From the NCBI GenBank assembly GCA_002688315.1, contig NZCN01000002.1, positions 38,979-102,978 of the forward strand: DNA of 64,000 nucleotides, in the 5' to 3' direction. Numbering within the stretch: the stretch's first letter is position 1; every line of letters starts with the position of its first letter. The position numbers and the translations under genes are program-made. This DNA comes from Candidatus Woesearchaeota archaeon. Lineage in GTDB: Archaea > Nanobdellota > Nanobdellia > Woesearchaeales > UBA10216. The notes under the pieces are model-generated. The model worked only from the letters and a program-made list of their open reading frames with translations. It was not told the DNA's origin and did not search any database. Shown here piece after piece: positions 1 through 9,738 of this stretch.

Positions 1-1310
1 TTCAGAATGATGTATTGGCAAATCTCATAGCTTATTTGATTGGAATAACTACTGTCATTTCAGTTTATGCTTTTACTTCTCAAATATTAAATAAGAAAAC
101 TGGCATAATAGCAAGCACTATTTTTTATTCTACTCCAATGGTTATTCTTTATGCCACTTCTGCGCTTATTGATATTAGCACGACCTTATTTGCAGTTCTT
201 GGTTTGTTTGCGTTTTATCTATGGATAGAGAAAAAGGAAATGCGCTGGCTTGCTTTGTCTGCGGTTGTACTGGGGTTAAGCGCATCTACAAAAATGATAG
301 GCTTGATTAACATTTTTATTGTTGGCTTGCTGGTTTTGTATGCTTCCAGGAATAATCAGCTGGTTAAGCATGCAGCTATATTTGGTCTTATCTCGATTTT
401 AGTAGCTTCTCCTTTTTACATTAATAATTACGTAAACACAGGCAACCCTGTTTACCCTTTGTTCTATAATTATTTTGGGGGAACGCATTGGTCAAGTTAT
501 GAGCAGGACAAATGGAACGATATTGCTGCTCAGAGTTATCCTTATTCAGGCTTTTCTAATTTTTTGCTTCTGCCTTGGAACCTCACCATGCACAGCTCTC
601 AAATAAGCAGGCTTTTGGGAATAGGCCCTTTATTTCTTGCATTTATACCTCTTTACATATTTCTTAAGAAAAAACAGTCAATTAATTACCTTTTAGCTTT
701 TCTTTTATTGTTCTCAATCCTTTGGTATGTTGTTGTTCCTTCTGTTAACATTCGCCATTTTATGGTTGGTGTTGCTTTACTTAGCATAGTTGCAGCTTAT
801 TCAATAAAGGAAACAATGAAAACTCCTGTTAAATATGTTACAGCTGCAGTAATAGTGACTTTTCTACTTTTTGGCTTTGTCCTTTGGTATGGAACCACTT
901 CAAAAAATGTTCCTGTTGCTCTTGGCTTGGAATCTGAAGGTGAATTTTATGATAAATTAATAGATAAAAATCCATACAGGGCATGCCAGCACCTGAATGA
1001 TAATTTTCCTGATTCTAAAACATTGTTATTTTCAGAATCCCGAGGATTTTTCTGTGATACAGAATATGTTTGGGGCCAGCCTGGAGTTCAAGGATATGTT
1101 GCTTACGGAACTATGGAAACTTATGAAGACCTGTATTTGCGTTTGAGCGAAATCGGAATAACCCATGTAATGTTAAATCCTGGATTGCTGCCCAAAATAA
1201 GTTTAAATGAAAAAGAGTTCAACCTCATGGATGGCTTGCTTGCGAAATACGGTGAAAAAGTTTACGAAGATAAAAGCATTATTTTGTACAAATTGCTGGA
1301 TAAACAATAA
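1..1310 (+). CDS. GT-C fold membrane glycosyltransferase, PMT_2/ArnT-like (5' end probably truncated by the window edge; the ORF track uses TTG at 15)
   Basis: Polytopic membrane protein. The TM-loop region reads '...ALIDISTTLFAVLGLFAFYLWIEKKEMRWLALSAVVLGLSASTKMIGL', which is typical of the dolichyl-P-sugar dependent GT39/83-like family. The reading frame stays open upstream of position 15. Confidence 0.55.
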   Translation, partial: QNDVLANLIAYLIGITTVISVYAFTSQILNKKTGIIASTIFYSTPMVILYATSALIDISTTLFAVLGLFAFYLWIEKKEMRWLALSAVVLGLSASTKMIGLINIFIVGLLVLYASRNNQLVKHAAIFGLISILVASPFYINNYVNTGNPVYPLFYNYFGGTHWSSYEQDKWNDIAAQSYPYSGFSNFLLLPWNLTMHSSQISRLLGIGPLFLAFIPLYIFLKKKQSINYLLAFLLLFSILWYVVVPSVNIRHFMVGVALLSIVAAYSIKETMKTPVKYVTAAVIVTFLLFGFVLWYGTTSKNVPVALGLESEGEFYDKLIDKNPYRACQHLNDNFPDSKTLLFSESRGFFCDTEYVWGQPGVQGYVAYGTMETYEDLYLRLSEIGITHVMLNPGLLPKISLNEKEFNLMDGLLAKYGEKVYEDKSIILYKLLDKQ

Positions 1311-1343
1311 AATTTATAATATGAACTTTGATTGTGAGTTCTG

Positions 1344-1835
1344 ATGAATCTTATAATACCAATTACAAAGAGAATCAGAGCTCACCACGCAAAAAAGCAC
1401 ATTCAGGATTTAGAAGGTAAAACAATCCTTGACATTGGTTGTGCTGACGGTTATTTTGGGCGTTCATTGAAAAAAGCAAAAGTGACTGGAATAGACATAA
1501 CATTGGGTCAGGATGCTGAAAAAGGCTTGAAATTTCCTGATAATTCTTTTGATTATGTAGTTATGCTTGCAGTCATAGAGCATTTCAAAGACCACACAAA
1601 AGTTTTGAAAGAAGTAAAGCGTGTGCTTAAAGATGGAGGAGTTTTAGTTGTAACAACTCCTTTCCACAAAGCTGAAAAGTTCATAAACTTGTATGCTTCT
1701 AGGCATGAAGAAGGCATGCAGCATACCAGAAATTTTGTAAAACAGGATTTTGAAAACTTTGAAGGTTTTAATCTTACCCATCATTCTACTTTTGAATTCG
1801 GACTAAATCAAGTAGCTGTTTTACGAAAAAAGTAA
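1344..1835 (+). CDS. Small class I SAM-dependent methyltransferase
   Basis: Motif I 'ILDIGCADGYFG' and post-I acidic 'TGIDI'. 'LKDGGVLVVTTP' is typical of motif III/IV. Confidence 0.6.
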   Translation: MNLIIPITKRIRAHHAKKHIQDLEGKTILDIGCADGYFGRSLKKAKVTGIDITLGQDAEKGLKFPDNSFDYVVMLAVIEHFKDHTKVLKEVKRVLKDGGVLVVTTPFHKAEKFINLYASRHEEGMQHTRNFVKQDFENFEGFNLTHHSTFEFGLNQVAVLRKK

Positions 1836-1889
1836 CGAGTTCTTCTCACCTAGAAAGCTTTTTAAATTATCCATTACTCACTTCTTTTT

Positions 1890-2747
1890 ATGAAAATCAA
1901 ATTACTTTCCATTGTTATCCCAGTATACAATGAAGAGCGTTCTATTGATGAAACCATTAAGCAAATCAGAAAAGTAATGGCCAGCACCTCTGTTACTTAT
2001 GAAATTATAGCAGTGAATGACGGCTCTGAAGACAAGAGCAAAGAAATCTTGGATAACGTAAAAAACATAAATGTTGTTCATAATGCTTATAATCTTGGCT
2101 ATGGTGCATCGTTAAAACGCGGAATTCTTGCCAGCAAAGGAGACTGGATACTAATAACTGATGCAGACGGCACATACCCTTTGGAAGATATTCCTAAGCT
2201 TCTTTCTTATGATAATTATGACATGGTTGTTGGTGCGAGAACAGGTAAGAGCGTAAAAACTCCTTTTTTAAGAAAGCCAGCTAAGTTTATTATTGGAACT
2301 TTCGCAAATTTAATTGTAGGCCAAAGAATTCCTGATGTTAACTCTGGTTTTCGTGTTTTCCGCAAAGAAATTGCTATGCGTTTCTTTAATCTTTTCCCTC
2401 AAGGTTTTTCTTTCACTATCACAATTACGCTTGCATGCCTTACAAATGCTTACCTTGTCAAATACGTTCCTATCAATTATCTTTCCCGTACTGGTAAATC
2501 TTCAATACACCCGATTAAGGATTTCATTGGATTCATGATTCTTATTTTGCGCATGGCAACGCTTTTCAAGCCTGTTATGGTTTTTTCTACTATTAGCGCT
2601 TTATTGTTTGCTGCATCAGTATCTGTTTTTCTGTACAGCTTCTTTGTTCTTCAGCGCCTTCTTGATTTAACAGTGCTTATTCTTTTCCTAGGCTCACTTC
2701 AAATATTTCTTTACGGATTGCTGGCTGAAGTAATAAAAAATCGCTAA
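1890..2747 (+). CDS. GT2 glycosyltransferase, Dpm1/GtrB-like polyprenyl-phosphate sugar synthase with C-terminal TM helices
   Basis: 'LSIVIPVYNEERSI', 'AVNDGSEDKS' and 'ITDADGTYP' (DxD). Hydrophobic C-terminal ~90 aa. Confidence 0.75.
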   Translation: MKIKLLSIVIPVYNEERSIDETIKQIRKVMASTSVTYEIIAVNDGSEDKSKEILDNVKNINVVHNAYNLGYGASLKRGILASKGDWILITDADGTYPLEDIPKLLSYDNYDMVVGARTGKSVKTPFLRKPAKFIIGTFANLIVGQRIPDVNSGFRVFRKEIAMRFFNLFPQGFSFTITITLACLTNAYLVKYVPINYLSRTGKSSIHPIKDFIGFMILILRMATLFKPVMVFSTISALLFAASVSVFLYSFFVLQRLLDLTVLILFLGSLQIFLYGLLAEVIKNR

Positions 2748-3949
2748 GACAACCTTCCTGTTGAAGTGAGATAGTCAATAACACATTCTGCTATAACATC
2801 ATTTCCTAAAGAATTAGGGTGAGAAGGATAACCTACATAAATCCCTTCTGAACTATTTGTTTTGTTGTAATAATTTAAAACACATTCTTGCGTGTCTATG
2901 AAGTCTATTTGTTTCTCCTTAAGAAGTTCTATCAGTATATCTTTGTTCCAGTTATCTTCATCCATTATTTCATTTTCCCTATACAAGAGAACAAAGACAA
3001 CATCCAGCTCTTCCTGTTCTTTTAGCTCAATAACTTTGTCTAAGAGGAGTGATATAAGAGAAACTAGATGGTTGTGCATGTCTACTAAACGCGCTTTCCC
3101 TGCTTTGCTGAAAAGCAATTGCAACCCGTACAGCTTGAACTTGACTTTATATTCCCTAAAATATTGGTTTAAGTCACTTTCATTAATGTGTTCAGTATGC
3201 AATACCAGTTCATTGTCTTCTACTTTAAAATATGGTTTAGGAGAGTTGCTCTTGGCTTTTAGAAGCATCCTGTTTAAGTCATCGCTAATCCCTCCTAATA
3301 AAAATACATTTTTCGATTCGTTAAACTGCCTGTAAGTTTCATTAAATAGAAGGTATATCTGGTCCCATCCATAGCCTCCCACGCCATAATTAAGCGTGTC
3401 TATGCCTGATTTTTTCTCTATTTTAGCTGTAAGCGTATTGTTGGAGCACGCATTTGATTCTACATAAGAATCTCCGTAAAATATTAGCTTATTTTCTTTA
3501 AGACTGTATTTTTTTGTTCCTCTGGTTCCTAAGTTTGATGTTTCATGGCAGGGAGTTGTAATGTTTGATATTCTTGTGTATCCTAATAATCCGTCTGGCT
3601 CTAAACTTAGCCCCCAGTTGTCATAAAATTCGCCAGTAATCTCATCTTCAGTATATTCTTTCTCCACGTCAAATGACTTGTCAAACAAATTCTTAAAATA
3701 CCAGAAATCATCATCATTTAATTGTGCATAAATGCCTGGCTGTTTTATTGTTTCAATTGTGCAGGATTGTGAGAAAAGGCAAAACCTGACAGCAAGTTCC
3801 AAGCCCACTAGCAATATTATTATGGTTATAAGCAGCAGCAACAGCTCTGCTTTCTTTCTCCATAAGTAAGCAATAATACGTGCCATTTCTCTTTTTCTGC
3901 TTCCTCTATCATTATAAATCTTTCCACAAAAAGATATATAAACGAACAA
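2744..3949 (-). CDS. Membrane-anchored SGNH/GDSL-fold hydrolase (esterase/acyltransferase-type); true start possibly near 3886
   Basis: N-terminal TM ('LLLLLITIIILLVGL'), 'LIFYGDSYVES' (GDS block I), 'GVGGYGWDQ' (block II) and 'YPSHPNSLGND' (catalytic His block). Confidence 0.55.
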   Translation of the reverse strand: MFVYISFCGKIYNDRGSRKREMARIIAYLWRKKAELLLLLITIIILLVGLELAVRFCLFSQSCTIETIKQPGIYAQLNDDDFWYFKNLFDKSFDVEKEYTEDEITGEFYDNWGLSLEPDGLLGYTRISNITTPCHETSNLGTRGTKKYSLKENKLIFYGDSYVESNACSNNTLTAKIEKKSGIDTLNYGVGGYGWDQIYLLFNETYRQFNESKNVFLLGGISDDLNRMLLKAKSNSPKPYFKVEDNELVLHTEHINESDLNQYFREYKVKFKLYGLQLLFSKAGKARLVDMHNHLVSLISLLLDKVIELKEQEELDVVFVLLYRENEIMDEDNWNKDILIELLKEKQIDFIDTQECVLNYYNKTNSSEGIYVGYPSHPNSLGNDVIAECVIDYLTSTGRLS

Positions 3950-3955
3950 CCATTT

Positions 3956-4909
3956 TTGATTCCAATGAAGCTTAAGAAATTTCTCCCTTACCTAATTGGT
4001 TTTGGCTTGTTTTTTTTAATCCTTTCCCGCATTGACATTTCTGAAACACTTTCTATATTGAAGCAAACTAACCTTCCCCTCTTCTTAACCGCATTGTTGA
4101 TGATATTTCCTACTTTTTTCTTAAAAACTTTGCGCTGGAAGTATATCATGAAGCTGCAAAAAATAAACTATTCATTAAACAACATTTTTCTTATGTATTT
4201 AGCTCCTATACCTCTCGGCTTGGTTACTCCAGGCAGATTTGGTGAAATGCTTCGCACCTCGTATCTGAAAAATGATGGTTATTCTCTTGGCAAATCTTTC
4301 TTCAGTGTTTTTTTTGACCGTTTTTCTGACATTGTATTTCTGTTGATGTTTGGATATGTTAGCATGTTCTTTTTTGCAAAATGGTTTCAGCGAGAAATTA
4401 TAATACTGACTCTAGTTTTTTCCTTAGCTGTTCTTATCTTCCTTTTAGTGCTTGCTAAAAGACATGCAGTTAAGAAATTGACAATTTTTTTTCTGAACAA
4501 TTATGTCTTTAAGAAACACCGAGAAATGCTGAAAGGAAATCTTCATGATTTTATTGCTTCTGCACGCATTCTTGGACTAACCAATGTTTTTGTTATTGCC
4601 AGTCTTACTGCTTTGTCATTTGTCTTCCATTATTTTTATTATTACTTGCTTGCGATTAGTCTTGGCATTCAGATGGAACTGTTCTTCTTTATCTTTGCTA
4701 TAACTTTGATTATCTTTGTCAATCTTGTCCCTATTACTGTTTCTGGTATTGGAACCAGAGATTTGGTACTTGTCTTCCTCTTTTCGCTTGTTGGCATATC
4801 CCAAGAACTGGCAATTGCATACTCAGCTATTATTCTGGTTTCTGTTTCGCTTTTCTCTCTTGTTTGCATGGCTGCATGGATAAAAAAACCTGTTAAGTTA
4901 CAACATTGA
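3956..4909 (+). CDS. Polytopic membrane protein, UPF0104 / LPG-synthase-TM-region (flippase-like) family
   Basis: ~8 predicted TM helices. N-terminal 'KLKKFLPYLIGFGLFFLILSRID' pattern is typical of this family, which often accompanies GT2 genes. Confidence 0.45.
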   Translation: MIPMKLKKFLPYLIGFGLFFLILSRIDISETLSILKQTNLPLFLTALLMIFPTFFLKTLRWKYIMKLQKINYSLNNIFLMYLAPIPLGLVTPGRFGEMLRTSYLKNDGYSLGKSFFSVFFDRFSDIVFLLMFGYVSMFFFAKWFQREIIILTLVFSLAVLIFLLVLAKRHAVKKLTIFFLNNYVFKKHREMLKGNLHDFIASARILGLTNVFVIASLTALSFVFHYFYYYLLAISLGIQMELFFFIFAITLIIFVNLVPITVSGIGTRDLVLVFLFSLVGISQELAIAYSAIILVSVSLFSLVCMAAWIKKPVKLQH

Positions 4910-6203
4910 TTTGCTCACTGCTAACTTCGTTTAGAACAGCAGATGCAACATTTTCTGCAATTAACATATTGCCTTGGAATGTTGCATGTCCAAAAGAGCC
5001 TCTGCTTCTGTCTACGAACAGTTCATCGTAACTGAAGTTCTCCAAGGCTTTTCTGAAATTTTCTTCATTGCTAACAAACAATACCTTTTCATTTCCTGTG
5101 AATAACTTCTCAAATTCAGAAATTTTTTGGGTTGGATATTGCATGACCACTAATTTAATACCTTGCTTATTCAGAATTTTATAAAGCTCTTGGTAGTTAT
5201 CTCGGGTTGCCGGGCTATAATAATTCTTCCTGAGTTCAGAAATTCTTTTGAGCAATTCATCTGCTTCATTCTTATGTGCTGGGGAGCGTTCGATTACAAT
5301 GCTCAATACCTGCACAGCTTTTTCTGACCTGTTAGTCATAGTATATAAATGGCCTAGCCCTAAGTGTGTTTCGTAGTAGATTGGATCAATAGAGATTGCC
5401 TTTAGCAACGCTTCTTCTGCTTCATCATAATATCCATATCCTAGGTAACTGCTGCCTGCTTTTTGGAATATCTGGACATTATTAGGCGCTACTTTCAGCA
5501 TTTTTCCCATTGTTTCAGCCATTTTCTCAATATCACCTCGTTCTTCGTAATAAGTGACCAAATACATCCATGCTTGAATATTATCAGGCTCATCAGTTAC
5601 AACATTAATCAACTGCTTTTCAATAGCATAATCTTGTTTTTTTTGTTCAGGAGCCAGTGCACTATCTGACTTCCCGGTAAATTTGTTGTTTAAGCCCACA
5701 ATTATCAATTTGCCTAGCTTATATGTCCGAAATTTTTTGAAAATGTCGGACTTTCTTTTAACTTTAGCTCCTTGGTCATTAGTTCCCATCATTGTAATTA
5801 CCATGTGTGGATTATACCTATCCAGGTTATATTCCAAATTTTTCAAAATGTCAGTAGTTACTGTTCCAGGACGGCCTTCATTGAATACCCTATACATGCC
5901 AGGACTCTCATTGTTCAGAATCTTTTCTAATTCTGCAGGCCAAGCTCCTTGCCCGTTGTGTAAATTTGCAGTGGTAGATTCACCCAGTGCCAGAATTCTA
6001 TAGTCTTCAGATGATTCAGACAACTCATTATCAGCTTGCTGTAAAGCTAAAAAAACAAAACCGCCAATGCGTAGAAACCCTTCAATAATTACTAATGTTA
6101 AAATTATACTTCCAATCAATAGCGCTATTTTTCTTGAATCGAGTGCCATTTTCTTGTTAAAATAAAGCATATATGAATGGTGTCTCTGAACTGCTTTGGG
6201 CAA
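4893..6203 (-). CDS. Membrane-anchored SGNH-like hydrolase with C-terminal TPR repeats; likely start at ~6149 (MALDSRK...)
   Basis: TM 'IALLIGSIILTLVIIEGFL', 'ILALGESTTANL' (GDS-like block I), 'RPGTVTTD' (block II), 'GSFGHATFQGN' (His block). Central TPR-like repeats 'YYDEAEEALLKAISIDP...HLGLGHLY'. Confidence 0.5.
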   Translation of the reverse strand: MPKAVQRHHSYMLYFNKKMALDSRKIALLIGSIILTLVIIEGFLRIGGFVFLALQQADNELSESSEDYRILALGESTTANLHNGQGAWPAELEKILNNESPGMYRVFNEGRPGTVTTDILKNLEYNLDRYNPHMVITMMGTNDQGAKVKRKSDIFKKFRTYKLGKLIIVGLNNKFTGKSDSALAPEQKKQDYAIEKQLINVVTDEPDNIQAWMYLVTYYEERGDIEKMAETMGKMLKVAPNNVQIFQKAGSSYLGYGYYDEAEEALLKAISIDPIYYETHLGLGHLYTMTNRSEKAVQVLSIVIERSPAHKNEADELLKRISELRKNYYSPATRDNYQELYKILNKQGIKLVVMQYPTQKISEFEKLFTGNEKVLFVSNEENFRKALENFSYDELFVDRSRGSFGHATFQGNMLIAENVASAVLNEVSSEQINVVT

Positions 6204-6400
6204 AAATTATTAAAATACTCACCAAGATAAGCATTATCAGAATAGTAGATATCAATAACTTTTTTTTCTCTTTAATATAACTCCAAATCTCTACAATTAA
6301 CCCACGCAGAATGGCTTTGAATACAAGAATATTATATATAAAGATTTTGCACCCAATTCAATGCAAAAATATTTAATAAAACCTCTTTTAGCTTTAAGCC

Positions 6401-7828
6401 ATGAAAGCGTTTAATGTTGTATTCAAAAACACAGCTTTTTTGTTTTCTGCTGATGTTATTTCCAGGCTCCTTTCATTTTCCTTGTTCTTGGTAATTGCTC
6501 GCACGCTTGGCAAAACAGGATTAGGAGATTATTCATTCATCTTTGCTTTCACAGGCTTGTTCTGGGTTTTCAATGACCTCGGGATTTCAACTTTGTTTGT
6601 AAGGGAAGCTGCAAAAGACCTGAAAAAAGCAGATTACCTTTTTAAGAACGTTCTTTCGATAAAAATTTTGCTTGTTACACTAGTAGCTTTAGCTACTATT
6701 ATTGGTGCTAACTTTACTAGTGTTTCAGCTAATTTAGCGCTGCCTATCTACGTTGTTGCTTTGGCTGTTTTTTTCCAAAGCTTTAAGGACTTGTCTTTTT
6801 CTGTTTTCCAAGCGCATCAAAGAATGCTTTTTGTTGGGATTGCTAGGTCTCTTGAAATGCTTCTCTTGGTTGTTTTAGGAATTCTGGCTTTGCTTGCAGG
6901 CTATGGCTTGCTTGGCCTTGCATTTGCTTTTCTCATATCTTATTTTCTTATTTTTGTCTTAAGCGCTTTTGCAGTAAGAAAATTAATTACAATACGTTTT
7001 GGCTTTGACTTTGATTTCCAGAAAAAATTTGTGAAAAGCTCTATGCCTTTCTGGTTTACAGGTCTTTTTATTGCAATTTATTTCAGGATAGACACTGTTA
7101 TGATTGCTTTTTTCAGAGGCTCAGCAGAGACAGGCCTTTACAATGCTTCGTACAGGCTGCTTGACGCTCTTTATTTTGTTCCTGCTGCTGTCATAAACGC
7201 TATTTTCCCTGCTATGTCCCGGCTTTACGTGGAAAACAAAGCTGTTTTGCGCAGCCTTTACAGAAAATTCTTTTATTACCTTCTTGCAATAGCTCTTCCT
7301 ATGGGTGTAGGAGTTACATTGCTTGCTGAACGCTTGATTCTTTTCATTTATGGAAGCGAATTTTCCGGCTCTAACATTGCTTTGCAGGTGTTGATTTGGG
7401 CATTGGTTGCTGTTTTCCTCAGCTCAATAACAGGCCATCTTTTAAATGCAGTTCACAAGCAGCTTCTTTTCACTTTAACAACTGCTTTTGCAGCTGCTTT
7501 AAACATTGGCTTAAACCTTTTCTTCATTCCATATTGGGGTTACATGGGCGCAGCAGCTTCTACGCTAATAACAGAGCTGGTTGTTTTGCTAGGTTTGCTT
7601 TATTTTGCACGAAAAAACAGTTATTCATTTAACATTTTCAAATTGTTATTGAAGCCTCTTGCTGCAACTGTTGTCATGAGCTTGGTTATACTGCTAACTT
7701 TGCAATTGCATGTGCTAATAATACTTCCAGTTGCTGCAATAACTTACTTTGCTGCTTTATTCTTGATAAAAGGAATAGAAAACGAAGAAGTAATTTTGAT
7801 TAAAAGTTATCTTAAGCAGTTCATATAA
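6401..7828 (+). CDS. Wzx/MOP-superfamily oligosaccharide flippase (polysaccharide biosynthesis protein)
   Basis: 475 aa, ~12-14 TM helices. N-terminus 'NTAFLFSADVISRLLSFSLFLVIARTLGKTGLGDYS' is typical of Wzx/RfbX flippases. Confidence 0.6.
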   Translation: MKAFNVVFKNTAFLFSADVISRLLSFSLFLVIARTLGKTGLGDYSFIFAFTGLFWVFNDLGISTLFVREAAKDLKKADYLFKNVLSIKILLVTLVALATIIGANFTSVSANLALPIYVVALAVFFQSFKDLSFSVFQAHQRMLFVGIARSLEMLLLVVLGILALLAGYGLLGLAFAFLISYFLIFVLSAFAVRKLITIRFGFDFDFQKKFVKSSMPFWFTGLFIAIYFRIDTVMIAFFRGSAETGLYNASYRLLDALYFVPAAVINAIFPAMSRLYVENKAVLRSLYRKFFYYLLAIALPMGVGVTLLAERLILFIYGSEFSGSNIALQVLIWALVAVFLSSITGHLLNAVHKQLLFTLTTAFAAALNIGLNLFFIPYWGYMGAAASTLITELVVLLGLLYFARKNSYSFNIFKLLLKPLAATVVMSLVILLTLQLHVLIILPVAAITYFAALFLIKGIENEEVILIKSYLKQFI

Positions 7829-9713
7829 CATTAAACACTATTGCGCCATTTGTTTGATATGCAATTGTAAAGAGTCCTGATGTTGCTATTCCATTGACTT
7901 TATTTACTGTTATGTTTTGTCCGAACTTATTGACTTCCATTCCACCCATTATTAAGTATTCGTAGCTGTTTCTTTTCATCCATGCAGAAGTTTCTTCAGC
8001 TGTATCGTCAAATCCTGTCTGCCTGTACTCTGCTTCTGCCTCGCACCATCCGCAGCTGAACTTATCCATTCCAATAACCTGGCCGTCTGTTACAAATGAA
8101 AAAACTTTTGTGTCTGGCGGCAATGTTTTGAGCCAAACATAAGCGCCTACTTCATCAGGCGACCCCCAGAAAGCTCCTGGCGGCCAGACAGCAGTGTTTA
8201 CTTCATACTTTTGCTGCCCAGAAGTAAACCATATCCCACCTAGCACAACTAAAACTATTGCTATTTTAGCAGCTGGAATCATTTTTTTATCTATATTAAG
8301 CAAAGACAGAACTCCAAACAAGCTCCATAACCCTTCAGCAGCAATCAATGATACAGGCACTGCAAGTATCATCCATGTTCTGAACGCAAACCATCCAATT
8401 GGCAAATTAAAAGTTTGGTTGTTTACAATCAAAAAAGTAAAAACAAGCCAAATCAGTGTTATAATCAAATAATTGTTCTTCTTCAGTGTTTTCACTTTTG
8501 CAAATTTTATTAGCTTTGCAATTACAAATAAAACTCCAAGAATTGTCAGAATAGAAACAACAATGCCAAACCCTACTGGATTGTTTATTAAGTTCTGCCC
8601 TTTAGCGAAAAAGAAATCATTGAACGTGTAGGGCCTTGATGCTGTTCCTGTCCACCTTGAAAAAACTCTTAGGAACGTGTTCATTATCTTTGCAAAAATG
8701 CTTGTGCTTTGGACTACTACTGCTGCAGTGCTTGCTTTGTTTGCACTAACCACTCCTCCAAGAAATTCTTTTCCATGAAAACCCCACCAGCTCAATGACG
8801 CTATTGCTCCCATAAAACCTGCTATAAAGTATGTTGGCTTTTTTTCTGAAACAAATTTTACAAGAATGTAAACAGATATCATTGCAAATAATGTTAACGT
8901 GTGTGTTGGATGTGATACTATTAATCCTCCTATTGTGATTGCTGCAATCCATTGCCATTTTTTGTCGTGCTTTACTTTTTCCAGTGCATAAAGTGCAGGG
9001 AAAAACATTGTCATTGCAAGTGCTGGTGCCCAGATAAAATGGCTTAGGTAAGCAGGAACTGCTGCTAGCACAACTGTTGCAAATAATGCTTTATTTCTGT
9101 TGCCAACAAATTCTGCTGCAAAAAAATAAAAGAAAACTAAGCTTAGTGAGATTAGAAGCGCGTTAAAAAATTTGAGAGTCCAGTAAAGCGAGTCATTTGT
9201 TTGGTGCATCAATCCTAATATAAAATTGTAGCTTGGAGGGTAAGGATTCATGTACTGGAAAGCTTTTTGCGGGCTTGCATCAAAGGTTTTCTCAACCGCA
9301 ATGTATTTTGTTCCTTCAGCATGCCCCCATGGGTCGTCATTTTCAAGATAAGGGTAGGCAAAAGCTCCTGATGCATACATGTAAAAGCTTCCAAAAAAGA
9401 TGAGAAGCACAAAAGCAATGCTAATGTCAGATTTTTTTACCTTTAGTTTTGCCTTTCCAATGTTTTTAAAATTCTTGAACAAGTAAATAGCAGGAACTGC
9501 AACTGCTAAAACCAAAAATATTTTCCAATCCAATGGAATGTTAACAATGTTAAGAAGCATGGCTAATATTATGATGGCTGCAAGCCCTGTTCCTAAACGA
9601 GTAAGCTGCCTTTCAAGAAAACTCTCTGATTCTTTGACTCTCGCCAACTTCCCAGCTGCAAAACCAAACCCCCAAAGATACACAAAAAAGAGCGCTATTG
9701 AAGTTATTGCCAT
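7821..9713 (-). CDS. Large polytopic membrane protein, probable GT-C type glycosyltransferase
   Basis: 630 aa, >10 TM helices. Acidic extracytoplasmic loop 'PYLENDDPWGHAEG' after TM1-2, resembling the GT-C first-loop motif. Same-strand operon with the GT2 at 12004..12705. Confidence 0.4.
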   Translation of the reverse strand: MAITSIALFFVYLWGFGFAAGKLARVKESESFLERQLTRLGTGLAAIIILAMLLNIVNIPLDWKIFLVLAVAVPAIYLFKNFKNIGKAKLKVKKSDISIAFVLLIFFGSFYMYASGAFAYPYLENDDPWGHAEGTKYIAVEKTFDASPQKAFQYMNPYPPSYNFILGLMHQTNDSLYWTLKFFNALLISLSLVFFYFFAAEFVGNRNKALFATVVLAAVPAYLSHFIWAPALAMTMFFPALYALEKVKHDKKWQWIAAITIGGLIVSHPTHTLTLFAMISVYILVKFVSEKKPTYFIAGFMGAIASLSWWGFHGKEFLGGVVSANKASTAAVVVQSTSIFAKIMNTFLRVFSRWTGTASRPYTFNDFFFAKGQNLINNPVGFGIVVSILTILGVLFVIAKLIKFAKVKTLKKNNYLIITLIWLVFTFLIVNNQTFNLPIGWFAFRTWMILAVPVSLIAAEGLWSLFGVLSLLNIDKKMIPAAKIAIVLVVLGGIWFTSGQQKYEVNTAVWPPGAFWGSPDEVGAYVWLKTLPPDTKVFSFVTDGQVIGMDKFSCGWCEAEAEYRQTGFDDTAEETSAWMKRNSYEYLIMGGMEVNKFGQNITVNKVNGIATSGLFTIAYQTNGAIVFNVI

Positions 9714-9738
9714 TTTATTTTGTTTGTTCTGCGTTTAT

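Noticed and set aside
2335-2538. Numerous short ORFs in the six-frame track that lie wholly inside or antisense to long, motif-supported genes. Examples are 2335..2538, 5463..5669, 8194..8472, 15127..15448, 24189..24407, 53123..53614 and 55576..55887.
   Set aside because: They overlap genes with clear family signatures. They have low-complexity or hydrophobic translations typical of antisense AT-rich sequence, and no independent start or promoter context.
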